NCBI GenBank assembly: GCA_965222375.1
Contig: CBDCTZ010000003.1
Coordinates: 1 to 64,000 of the forward strand
Length of the DNA: 64,000 nt
Source of the DNA: Polyangiaceae bacterium
GTDB taxonomy: Bacteria > Myxococcota_A > Polyangia > Polyangiales > Polyangiaceae
Reading direction: 5' to 3'
The translations under genes and the position numbers were made by a program. The notes under the pieces were generated by a model, which had not been told where the DNA came from, did no database searches, and saw only the letters and a program-made list of their open reading frames with translations. This document shows positions 9,578 to 17,780 of the stretch, piece by piece; within the stretch, counting starts at the first letter, position 1; every line of letters begins with the position of its first letter.

Positions 9578-9970
9578 CTAGTTTCCGATCTTCGAGTCTT
9601 CGCAGGCTGCGCCAGAGAGGGTCACGGTGATGGCCAACGTCTCGTCGCCGTCCGAAAGCGCGGTGTCCGTTTCGCCCCACTGCTCGCCCGGCGTGCAGAC
9701 GCCATTGTCGTCGTTATCCGCGATCGCACGCACGAGCAGCTGGTCGCCTTCCAGCGGCACCGTTTCGTCAAAGCTGCCGGGCGCTTGCACCGTCACGGAG
9801 TGCACCTTGGTTTGTTCGCTATCGGTCAGGTCCCAGAACTCGACCAGCACGTCTTGCTGACTGAGCCCACCTTGGATCTCGCCTTTGACCTGGACGTCAC
9901 GCGCCGAGCTGCAACCCAATGCCAAACCACCGACGGTCGCTAGTGCCAATAGTGTGATGAGTTTCTTCAT
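9578..9970 (-). CDS. Hypothetical lipoprotein
   Basis: SD GGAGG before MKKLITLL; lipobox ALGC; acidic beta-rich domain with DNDDNG. Confidence 0.75.
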   Translation of the reverse strand: MKKLITLLALATVGGLALGCSSARDVQVKGEIQGGLSQQDVLVEFWDLTDSEQTKVHSVTVQAPGSFDETVPLEGDQLLVRAIADNDDNGVCTPGEQWGETDTALSDGDETLAITVTLSGAACEDSKIGN

Positions 9971-10189
9971 GTCGTTCCTCCAAACAAGAGACGGGACGAC
10001 CAAAGAGCAACCCCCGTGCCGACACGAAAAACACGCATGAAGGGAAGGGCTACACGCTGGATCGCCGAGTAGCGACGCACGGTCGCCACACTGTGCGGTG
10101 GGAGAAGTGCACACCGGGCGCCGCCGGCAACACCTGGTAATTCCTTACGCGGCCCAGCGCTATCGCCTCACGACAACGCGGGGAGTCGT

Positions 10190-10876
10190 TCAGGTGCCGA
10201 GGGCGCTAGCCAGCGCTTTCTTCACGTCGGCGTCTTTGAGGCCCAGATCGGCCGGCAACTTGTCACAGGATGCATAGTCCTTGATCCGCACCACGCGCTC
10301 GACGGGCTCACGAAACGGCACCGTGGACGCGCTGAGGATGATGCGACCCGGGGACGCGGGCACAAGCGTGGCGGCGCTCTTGCCAGGCGCGCTGATGGTG
10401 ACAATCACCGCACAGCCGCCCCCCGCACGAGCAAGCAATGCGCCGACCGCGACGGCCTTGCAGCCTTTCCGGGCACACACGCGCTCGGGCTCGGGTCGCA
10501 CATCCACGGGGCGGCTGGCCGCTGTCGCTCTCGCGAGCCCGGCCAGGTGCGCCTGAACCTTGCCTGCAAGTCCCCGGGTGGCGGCATCGGGCCGACCGCT
10601 ACCTTGGGGCAAGACGATACGGGGCCAGAGCACGACGACGCCGCCGGTCTGTCCGCCGGAACGGCTGATTTCGGGAGCGTCCTGTTCCTGGACGGGCTGC
10701 GCCTGCGCCGCCGTCGCCGCGGGCTCTGCGGCGAGGATTACGGGATCCGGTGGCGGCACTGGCTCAGGTCGTTTTGCTTCGGTATCGTCCGAGCGCGGGC
10801 CTGCGCCCGCGTTGCAAGCCAGTAGAGCGACGAGGATCAGGGCGACTTGGACCAGCGTGGGGTGCGGACGACGCAT
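10190..10876 (-). CDS. Hypothetical lipoprotein
   Basis: Signal with lipobox LLAC, Pro-rich linker, four-Cys domain. Confidence 0.7.
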   Translation of the reverse strand: MRRPHPTLVQVALILVALLACNAGAGPRSDDTEAKRPEPVPPPDPVILAAEPAATAAQAQPVQEQDAPEISRSGGQTGGVVVLWPRIVLPQGSGRPDAATRGLAGKVQAHLAGLARATAASRPVDVRPEPERVCARKGCKAVAVGALLARAGGGCAVIVTISAPGKSAATLVPASPGRIILSASTVPFREPVERVVRIKDYASCDKLPADLGLKDADVKKALASALGT

Positions 10877-10907
10877 ACCTTACCGTCCACCCTGATGGGC
10901 GACGGGG

Positions 10908-12164
10908 TCAAGCGCCGCCGTTCACATTGCGGGCATTGTGGTTTCGCGGCGCGCTCGCGTCGACCGGTGTCGTGGCCACGAAGCGGCCGAAATTCCGAAG
11001 TTCCTCCAGACGGCACGACCAGGCCAGCTTGCCATCGTGCAGCGTCATATCAGGACAGCCGTCGCACATGTTCTGGCGACCATCCTCCAAGATGTCGATG
11101 GGCTGAATCACCATGACCGCTTGGAGATGTTGGCGACGTAGCGCGCCCAGCGGATTGCTGGCTAGCCAACGTGCGTATTGCGACGCGGCTCCGCGCAAAC
11201 CTCGGTCCCACAAGCCGCCGACCATGAGTGAGCGGCCCGCACCCAATGCTTTCGGCCCCGAGTAGGCCAAGTAGCGACCTGTGGCCATGTGGTGCCCGGA
11301 CTGCACCGCTTCCATGAACTTCGGCCCCACGTAGCCAAAGATCCTACCCTTGCTCCCGACTCGAAGCGCGAGCAACCACTTGAAGGAATCGGGCTTCTCG
11401 GTGCCATTGAGATAGGCCGCCGGGGTGAAGTCGGGAAAGTGGCTTCGGATCACCTCGACCACTTCGTTCGAGCTGATGTCGCTGCGGCGCTCCTCGGTCT
11501 CCGAGTAGACGAGCTTGGACATGTCGATTGGCTCGCCACCGCTCCAATAGTCATAGGCACCAAGCACCGCGGCTCGATAGGTGATGAAGACGACCGTGTG
11601 CACGATGTCCGTGTGCTTACCTGCCCAACGGACAATCTCCGGTACCTGCAGCAGAGTGTCTTCGTAGACCGTCGAGTTGAAGGCGCAGCCCAGGTCCCCG
11701 ACGCTGGCTGCCAACTCGGCAAACTCGAGTCGCAGCCCGTTCAGATCTGTCTCGGACGCGTCTTTCCATCCCGGTCGCCCCTGGCGACTATCCACGTGGA
11801 AGGTCAGACCCACCAAGCCAGCCTTTTTCAGTTCGACGAGTAGCCCCCGATCCAACGCAAGACCGTTGGTGTTCAGAATGGGTTTGCGTCCCATCTTCTT
11901 CACGTACCGCACAATATCGACGACGTCGGGATGGCACAGCGGGTCGCCACCAGCGATGGAAACGCCGTCGAAATTCCTCAGCCGGGCGAAGGTCTCCAGC
12001 TCCTCGCACACCTCGGCGAGCGGCTTGTGCGAGCGCACGTTCTGCCGATAGCAACCATCACAAGCCAGATTGCAGGCCTGAGTCGGCTCGGCCCAGACGA
12101 TTGGATTGTCTGCGAGGTTCCAGGGCAGCCGGTACAGGCTTCGGTGGTCGAGTGCGCTTGGCAT
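10908..12164 (-). CDS. Radical SAM protein, resembling the Tes/MJ0619-like group
   Basis: CNLACDGC triad, GGDP, NTNG, C-terminal CDGC..DGKL..SC; SD GGAGG. Subfamily is inferred from recalled motifs. Confidence 0.85.
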   Translation of the reverse strand: MPSALDHRSLYRLPWNLADNPIVWAEPTQACNLACDGCYRQNVRSHKPLAEVCEELETFARLRNFDGVSIAGGDPLCHPDVVDIVRYVKKMGRKPILNTNGLALDRGLLVELKKAGLVGLTFHVDSRQGRPGWKDASETDLNGLRLEFAELAASVGDLGCAFNSTVYEDTLLQVPEIVRWAGKHTDIVHTVVFITYRAAVLGAYDYWSGGEPIDMSKLVYSETEERRSDISSNEVVEVIRSHFPDFTPAAYLNGTEKPDSFKWLLALRVGSKGRIFGYVGPKFMEAVQSGHHMATGRYLAYSGPKALGAGRSLMVGGLWDRGLRGAASQYARWLASNPLGALRRQHLQAVMVIQPIDILEDGRQNMCDGCPDMTLHDGKLAWSCRLEELRNFGRFVATTPVDASAPRNHNARNVNGGA

Positions 12165-12223
12165 GGGTCCCCTCCGTGGGTGTTGGTCACGCGCATGCTC
12201 GTCGGAGCGATGGCCCTTTTAAA

Positions 12224-12237
12224 ATGAGCCAAGTCAA
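12224..12237 (-). promoter_or_regulatory. FNR/CRP-family-like box upstream of the radical SAM gene
   Basis: Minus strand TTGActtggcTCAT matches 7 of 8 bases of TTGA-N6-TCAA, has AT-rich flanks and is centred ~66 nt upstream of the ATG. Confidence 0.4.
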
Positions 12238-12250
12238 TTCAGCGATGGGT

Positions 12251-13174
12251 TCAAGGATGGGGACGGAATTCGTCCCAGCCCCGGCGCTCCGGGTATTCGC
12301 GCCAGGGCCCTTCGCAGCGAGTACTCACACTGCAACTCGTGCAGGGTGGGCCTTTCGCCTTGCCTTCGTGCACGCGCCATTCGGAGTGATCCAGCGTGCC
12401 TTCCAGGTCCATCACGGTAGTCGGCGGGATTTGCGCTTCTACAGCCAGGTCTTCCATGCCCCTCAAGAAGCAAAGGGGCACTGCTTCGGTCACGAGTCGA
12501 ATCTCTGCAGCCCTGGCAACCTCACGTGCCCGAGCCAGCGGCGCCTCCACGTCCGTCAGACGCGGCACGACATCGTCGAACATCTCCCAGGCCGTGCCCA
12601 CAGGGTGCACGAAGGCCAGCTGCGCTTGCTGCACACCGAGCTCGACGAGCAGCTCGACCAGCTCCGGCAGGGTGCAGAGGTTGGTCTTCGTGATCACCGA
12701 ATTCGTGACCACCGGGATGCCGCTCGCCACTACGTCCCGAATCCCTCCAACCGATTGGGCGAAGCTACCCGGAGCACGAGTCAGCGCCTCATGAACCTCC
12801 GCAGTGGGCCCGTGCAGCGACGGGGATACTTCGTTGACCCCGGCTTCCAAGAAGGCCCCCAGCACCCTTGGCAGCGAGAGCAAGCGCCCATTGGTTTGCA
12901 ACTGGATAGGATCGTAGCCGAGATGCTTCGCCAGCCGCACTAGCGCAAGAATGTCCTTGTGGACCGACGGTTCGCCACCTGTGAGCACCAGGCCACTGGC
13001 ATTGTGGCGCCCATCCACGAGCTTTCGAGCCAGCTCCTTGCCCCGAAAGGCCTGTGAGTGGATCCGCTTGTCACCTTGCGCGCAGAACGTGCATCGGTTG
13101 TTGCATGAGAACCCGACTTTGAGATCCAGTCGTCGTTGCGGCACAGCTGGAAGCCTATCACGCGACCTTGTCAC
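12251..13174 (-). CDS. Radical SAM protein, HxsC-like with C-terminal CxxCx5C
   Basis: DLKVGFSCNNRCTFC, TGGEP, QTNGR, SLHGPTAEVH, PLC, C-terminal CTSCSVSTRCEGPWREY. Confidence 0.85.
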   Translation of the reverse strand: MTRSRDRLPAVPQRRLDLKVGFSCNNRCTFCAQGDKRIHSQAFRGKELARKLVDGRHNASGLVLTGGEPSVHKDILALVRLAKHLGYDPIQLQTNGRLLSLPRVLGAFLEAGVNEVSPSLHGPTAEVHEALTRAPGSFAQSVGGIRDVVASGIPVVTNSVITKTNLCTLPELVELLVELGVQQAQLAFVHPVGTAWEMFDDVVPRLTDVEAPLARAREVARAAEIRLVTEAVPLCFLRGMEDLAVEAQIPPTTVMDLEGTLDHSEWRVHEGKAKGPPCTSCSVSTRCEGPWREYPERRGWDEFRPHP

Positions 13175-13198
13175 GAGCCGGTCACGGCACCAAGGCGA

Positions 13199-14356
13199 TC
13201 AGCCCGGCGCAGGCTCTGCAGCAAGCCGCCCGACAGCAATCCCGCTCACAGCGGCATCGAGTACGGTGCGGGGGCCGTCCGCGACGCAATCCCCCGCCAC
13301 GTACAAGTCGGGATAGGGCGTCTTGCCACCGGGAGCCGCAATGCCGACACGCTCCAACGTGTCCATGCCCGCCAAACAGAAGTCGACTCCGTGTAGCGTG
13401 CTGACACGCTCCACGGGGCGTCCATCCAGCTGCAACGCGACCGGCGCCTGTAGCGACGGATGAAAACACGCGCCGCCCGGGTGCTCGGGTCGCGCGTCGT
13501 CGAGCACGATGCCGCCGGCGGCCACACCACCAATCGCCAGCACGACAGCGTCCGCATCGAGTTCTTCACCGTCGGCGCTGACGATGAAGCCACGGGGTGA
13601 CGGCTGCACGCTCTTCACGTGGGTCCGCTGCGCTTCGATCGCACTGTCCGACAGCAACTGGTCGCGAGCACGCTCGAAGCGGGCCCCGGCGGCCCCGCCG
13701 GGCCCGGAAGTCGTCTCTCCGACAGCTGCGCCGACCTCGTCCGCGGCCAGCTGCGCCACGTTGGTTTCCAGTCCCAGCCAGGGCCCTAGGAGGAAGCCAT
13801 CTGCATCATCCCGGGCGTCCGCAAGCAGCTTGATGAGGCCCCGGACCCTCGCCGCTTCGTCGAAGCGCTTCGCCAAGTCGTAGAGCGGAAGGGCGAGCTC
13901 CGCAGCCGTGATCAACTCCGGCGCGGACAGCGCAAAGAACTGCGTCTTGGTCTCCTGGGACCAGGCGCTTGCCGACAGCTCACGCACGACGAGCTTCGCG
14001 TCCCAAGATGCGTGTAGCGCATCCACGACCCCAATCCTCTTGCCGGCAAGAGGCTCGAGGTCCAGCAGAGCGCTGTCTCTGCCTCTCGCTTGGCGACTCA
14101 GTCCCGTTGCCGTCGCGATGCGGCACGCATCCTCGCCGTACTCCCAATTGCCGAGGTCGGTGGCAAACAGCGACAGTTCAGTGGCAGCGGCCTGATCGGG
14201 CGAGATCTGCATGTCCAAGGCGCCCGAATACAACATGGATGCGCCCGCGCCCGCGTGAAGCAAGGTCGTTCTTGCGCCAGCGCCCTTGGCCGCCCAAGCT
14301 GCGGCGACGCCAGCGACGCCGCCTCCCACCACGACCACATGCCGCTCCGTGCTCAC
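13199..14356 (-). CDS. glpB: FAD-binding protein, GlpB-like (anaerobic glycerol-3-phosphate dehydrogenase subunit B)
   Basis: VVVGGGVAG FAD motif, GASMLYSGALD, ATATG, VLAIGG, LYVAGD; overlaps the glpA-like stop. Confidence 0.65.
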   Translation of the reverse strand: MSTERHVVVVGGGVAGVAAAWAAKGAGARTTLLHAGAGASMLYSGALDMQISPDQAAATELSLFATDLGNWEYGEDACRIATATGLSRQARGRDSALLDLEPLAGKRIGVVDALHASWDAKLVVRELSASAWSQETKTQFFALSAPELITAAELALPLYDLAKRFDEAARVRGLIKLLADARDDADGFLLGPWLGLETNVAQLAADEVGAAVGETTSGPGGAAGARFERARDQLLSDSAIEAQRTHVKSVQPSPRGFIVSADGEELDADAVVLAIGGVAAGGIVLDDARPEHPGGACFHPSLQAPVALQLDGRPVERVSTLHGVDFCLAGMDTLERVGIAAPGGKTPYPDLYVAGDCVADGPRTVLDAAVSGIAVGRLAAEPAPG

Positions 14357-16026
14357 CGCTCCTCTTTTTCGGGATAGCCGAGTTGGGAGGAAAGGGTCGC
14401 CAGGTTGAGAGCTTCTTGACGCGCCTGCAGGGAACCAACGGCGCTGGCCCGGCGTGCCGTGGCGCCACGCAAAAACCTGAGCGCCGAACGTTGACCATGC
14501 TTGGGTTCCGCGCCCAGCGCATCCGCGAGCAAAGAGCCACAGCGCATGGCGCAGCGCATGCCCCCGCAGGAGCCTAGCCCCAAACGAGTGCGTCGCGCGA
14601 CGTCGTCAACGGTCTTGGCCAGTTCGTTTTCGACTACGTAGCGCACTTCGGCCTCGGTTACAGGCTCGCATTCGCACACGACCCGCGCTTCTTGCGGGCG
14701 CTGCTTGATTCGCTCCACGACCCGCAGGGCTCGATTCCCGTGGCGGTACTCCAGCCGCGCCGCGGCCAGCGGGTCCAGGTCGATGCCGGTACACAAGCTG
14801 AAAGGGTCGATGGTTTCGTCGCCGCCCGGCAGAGGCGAGATATGCGTGCGCTTCTCTGCTGTATTCCCCAGCCGGCGCGCAACCACATCGGTCATCTCTT
14901 CGGCGAAGATGCGATAGCTCGCCAACTTGCCGCCGATCATCGAGTACAAGCCGTCCGCGCCGTGCTTCGCGTGATCCACGATTTCGTGTTCGCGACTCAA
15001 CTTGTCTTCGTTCACGCCCCAGCCGTAGAGGGTCGGCCGCACGCCACCCCAAGTGCCGATGGCACGTGCTTGTGCGACGGAGGGGAAAACCCGTGCGACG
15101 GCCTGCATCAGGTAGCGAACTTCGTCGCCGCTTGCCAAGACCTCGTCCAAGTTGCCGTAGTAGTCGTCGTCGGTCGTGCCCAGAACGCTCATGTTCTGCC
15201 AAGGCATCAAGAACACTTGGCGACCGTCGATGGCCGTCGTTGCGATTGCGTAGTTCGTCAGGCGGCGATCGAGAAAGACGTGAATGCCTTTGCCGGGTCG
15301 GATCCGCGCAGCCTTCGGCTTGAGCCCGGCCATGGTCGCAGTCACGGGCGCCCAAGCCCCGGTAGCATTGACGACAACGCGAGAAGTCGTCTCACCCACT
15401 TCTCCGGTGATGCGATCCCGCCAGCGCACGCCTCGCACGCGCTTGCCTTTCTTGAGCACGTCCGTGACCGTCGTGTGCACTCGAACAGAAGCCCCTCGCT
15501 CGATGGCATCCACCGCGCTCCCCATGCACAGGCGCACGCCATCGATGCCCCACTCGTCGAAGGTCACGCCACCCACGGCGTCCGCCTGCAAGCCAGGCTC
15601 TAGGCGGCGAAGATCGTCGGCGTTGAGCCGAACGTGGGGCTTGCCGCGTTTCAAAGGCTGATAGCGGTCGTACAAGTCGAAGAATGCGTCGTAGCCATGC
15701 AGCGCCAGGCGCGACCCCAGCTTGGAGCGCTGCACGGGCACCAGAAACGGGATCCGAAACAGCAGGTGCGGGGCGATTCGCTGGATGTGACCCGAGTCCA
15801 GGCAGGAGGTGTGGGTCACATCCGGATCGTAGGTCAGGTAGCGCGGACCACCATGGATCATACCGCTGGAGTTGCCGCTGGCGCCGAAGGCGATGTCGTT
15901 GCGTTCGAACAGCGCCGCTTTGAGTCCCCGCAGAGCGCAGTCCCGCAGCACACCGGTTCCGTTGACGCCGCCACCGATGACGATCACGTCAACGTCGGGG
16001 TCAGACTCGGAACTCGCGGTAGTCAT
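14353..16026 (-). CDS. glpA: Glycerol-3-phosphate dehydrogenase, GlpA-like with C-terminal BFD-like [2Fe-2S] motif
   Basis: IGGGVNG, ASGNSSGMIHGGPRYL, VNATGAW, GTTD, GGKLASYR, VCECE..RRTRLGLGSCGGMRC. Confidence 0.85.
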   Translation of the reverse strand: MTTASSESDPDVDVIVIGGGVNGTGVLRDCALRGLKAALFERNDIAFGASGNSSGMIHGGPRYLTYDPDVTHTSCLDSGHIQRIAPHLLFRIPFLVPVQRSKLGSRLALHGYDAFFDLYDRYQPLKRGKPHVRLNADDLRRLEPGLQADAVGGVTFDEWGIDGVRLCMGSAVDAIERGASVRVHTTVTDVLKKGKRVRGVRWRDRITGEVGETTSRVVVNATGAWAPVTATMAGLKPKAARIRPGKGIHVFLDRRLTNYAIATTAIDGRQVFLMPWQNMSVLGTTDDDYYGNLDEVLASGDEVRYLMQAVARVFPSVAQARAIGTWGGVRPTLYGWGVNEDKLSREHEIVDHAKHGADGLYSMIGGKLASYRIFAEEMTDVVARRLGNTAEKRTHISPLPGGDETIDPFSLCTGIDLDPLAAARLEYRHGNRALRVVERIKQRPQEARVVCECEPVTEAEVRYVVENELAKTVDDVARRTRLGLGSCGGMRCAMRCGSLLADALGAEPKHGQRSALRFLRGATARRASAVGSLQARQEALNLATLSSQLGYPEKEER

Positions 16027-16154
16027 GGTGTTTGCCCGCCAATATCGGGACCTTTCGGGTCCTACCAGGGTTTCGCCCGGTTGCGGCTCGATTTTCGACG
16101 CACTGCGGCAATCTTGGCCGGTTGGCACCGCCCCCTTTAAGACGGAGGCAGTTC

Positions 16155-16646
16155 GTGTCCGTCGATCCCTTCACTCGCCGCCTTTTCTTGAGCTTGGTCG
16201 TCCTGGCGGGGCCAGCGTCTGCGGGCAGCCGCGGGCGTCCCAAGATCGTCCTAGACCGACTGGACTTCCCGAAGGACATCGCCGGCGCCCGCTACTACCG
16301 CAAGCGCTTGCGCCGTGTGCTCAGGCGCGAAGTGCGCCGTGTGAAGTGGGGCGCGGGGCGAAAGAACACGATTCAGTACCGCTTTGCCGTAACCAAACTC
16401 GATGTCGCCATCGCCGACGGCGTGCTGCGCGTGCGCTGCACTGCGATTGGCCGCTTGCCCGGGGGGCGCAAAGCAAAGAGTCACCTCTCCTTCGGTGGGG
16501 ACCCGCGCAAGAAGACCAAAGAGATTTCCCGAGTGTTGGAAATCGTCGCTCGAGGTGTGGTCACGCGACTGGCGGAGCTGGAGCGGGTCCGTCGCGGCGA
16601 CATAGAGAAATCCCGAGTACGCAAGCCTCGCAGCCCACCGGATTGA
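16155..16646 (+). CDS. Hypothetical, highly basic exported protein (Tat-like signal)
   Basis: GGAGG SD before a GTG start; TRRLFL twin-arginine-like motif plus hydrophobic stretch; Arg/Lys-rich. Confidence 0.6.
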   Translation: MSVDPFTRRLFLSLVVLAGPASAGSRGRPKIVLDRLDFPKDIAGARYYRKRLRRVLRREVRRVKWGAGRKNTIQYRFAVTKLDVAIADGVLRVRCTAIGRLPGGRKAKSHLSFGGDPRKKTKEISRVLEIVARGVVTRLAELERVRRGDIEKSRVRKPRSPPD

Positions 16647-16691
16647 CCCGAACCCTGGCCACCCCCGCGCTGAGGGGTTAGGTTTGTGCCC

Positions 16692-17687
16692 ATGGAGCTG
16701 TCCGAACAAGTGCAGCACGCGGTGATTCAGCGCTACGCCCGGGTGCGCGCCGGCTTAGACGGCGAGCTGGAGCGTCCCCCCGTCGTTCTCCCCAACGGCG
16801 ACTTCTTCCCGGACGCCTTCGCGGGCGACCAGGAATCCTTGTCCAAGCTGGTGAGGCGGATGCAAGAGCACGCGGGGATCGAGGACATCCCGATCAGCGC
16901 GAAGATGCTCGGCGACGCCCCGGAAAAGAAAGGCGGAGGCTGTGGCACGGGCAGCTGCAGCACGGGTCCGAGTAATTCGGCGGAGCAACAGGACGCACCA
17001 CGCATCGTGGACCAGGGCGACAGCTGGCTGTTGAACGTTCCGGCCGCTGAGGTCGAAAGCCCGGTGGTGCTCACCGCCAACGTCGCCCGGGCCCTAGCGT
17101 CAATCTTCCTGGCGGAGACGAAGGAAGAGGACGAACCCATCGACGACCCAGTGGACGTCACCATCGATATCGTCGCGGTTCAGATGGGTTTCGGAGTCTT
17201 GCTACTCGCCGGTTCCTACATCTACTCCAAGAGCTGTGGCGGCCCGTCCGTGGGCAAAGTCACAGCGCTGGGCCCCAGCGAGCTCGGCTTTGCCCTGGGT
17301 CTGTTTCTGGCGTGCGGGGCGCATTCCTTCAAGCCGGCCCTGCGTGAGCTGGAAACCACCCAAAAAGCTGCGCTTTCCCAGGCAAAGGAAGTGGTGGATT
17401 CCAACAAGACACTGGTCACGACTCTGATCGAGGCGCCATCCAGGCTGGCTGAAGGCGACTTCAAACTCGAGACCCCCAAGCCGTGGCTGCTTCGGGCGCT
17501 GGGCGCTGGAAAGAAGAAGCGTGAGCGCACCCTCGACGAGATGAGCATGGACGAGATGGAAGCCATGCTCAGCGTCGCCGCGCCGACGAAGAAGCCCAAA
17601 GCGAAGAAAGCACGTGACAAAAAAGACGACGAGCTGGGTGCACTCGTGGCCGAGGCATTGCGCGAGGCGCACAGCGACGCCGAGTGA
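16692..17687 (+). CDS. Hypothetical protein, possibly degenerate zincin-like fold
   Basis: Long ORF with typical codon use; GCGTGSC motif; ANVARALAS..DIVAVQMGFG. Confidence 0.75.
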   Translation: MELSEQVQHAVIQRYARVRAGLDGELERPPVVLPNGDFFPDAFAGDQESLSKLVRRMQEHAGIEDIPISAKMLGDAPEKKGGGCGTGSCSTGPSNSAEQQDAPRIVDQGDSWLLNVPAAEVESPVVLTANVARALASIFLAETKEEDEPIDDPVDVTIDIVAVQMGFGVLLLAGSYIYSKSCGGPSVGKVTALGPSELGFALGLFLACGAHSFKPALRELETTQKAALSQAKEVVDSNKTLVTTLIEAPSRLAEGDFKLETPKPWLLRALGAGKKKRERTLDEMSMDEMEAMLSVAAPTKKPKAKKARDKKDDELGALVAEALREAHSDAE

Positions 17688-17780
17688 CGCCGTCGCCTGG
17701 AAAAATAGACGTTTTGGGCGCCGAGGCTCAGCAGCGGTAGCCGAAACGCTGCCATTCCATTAGAGTCCCGCACGATACGA

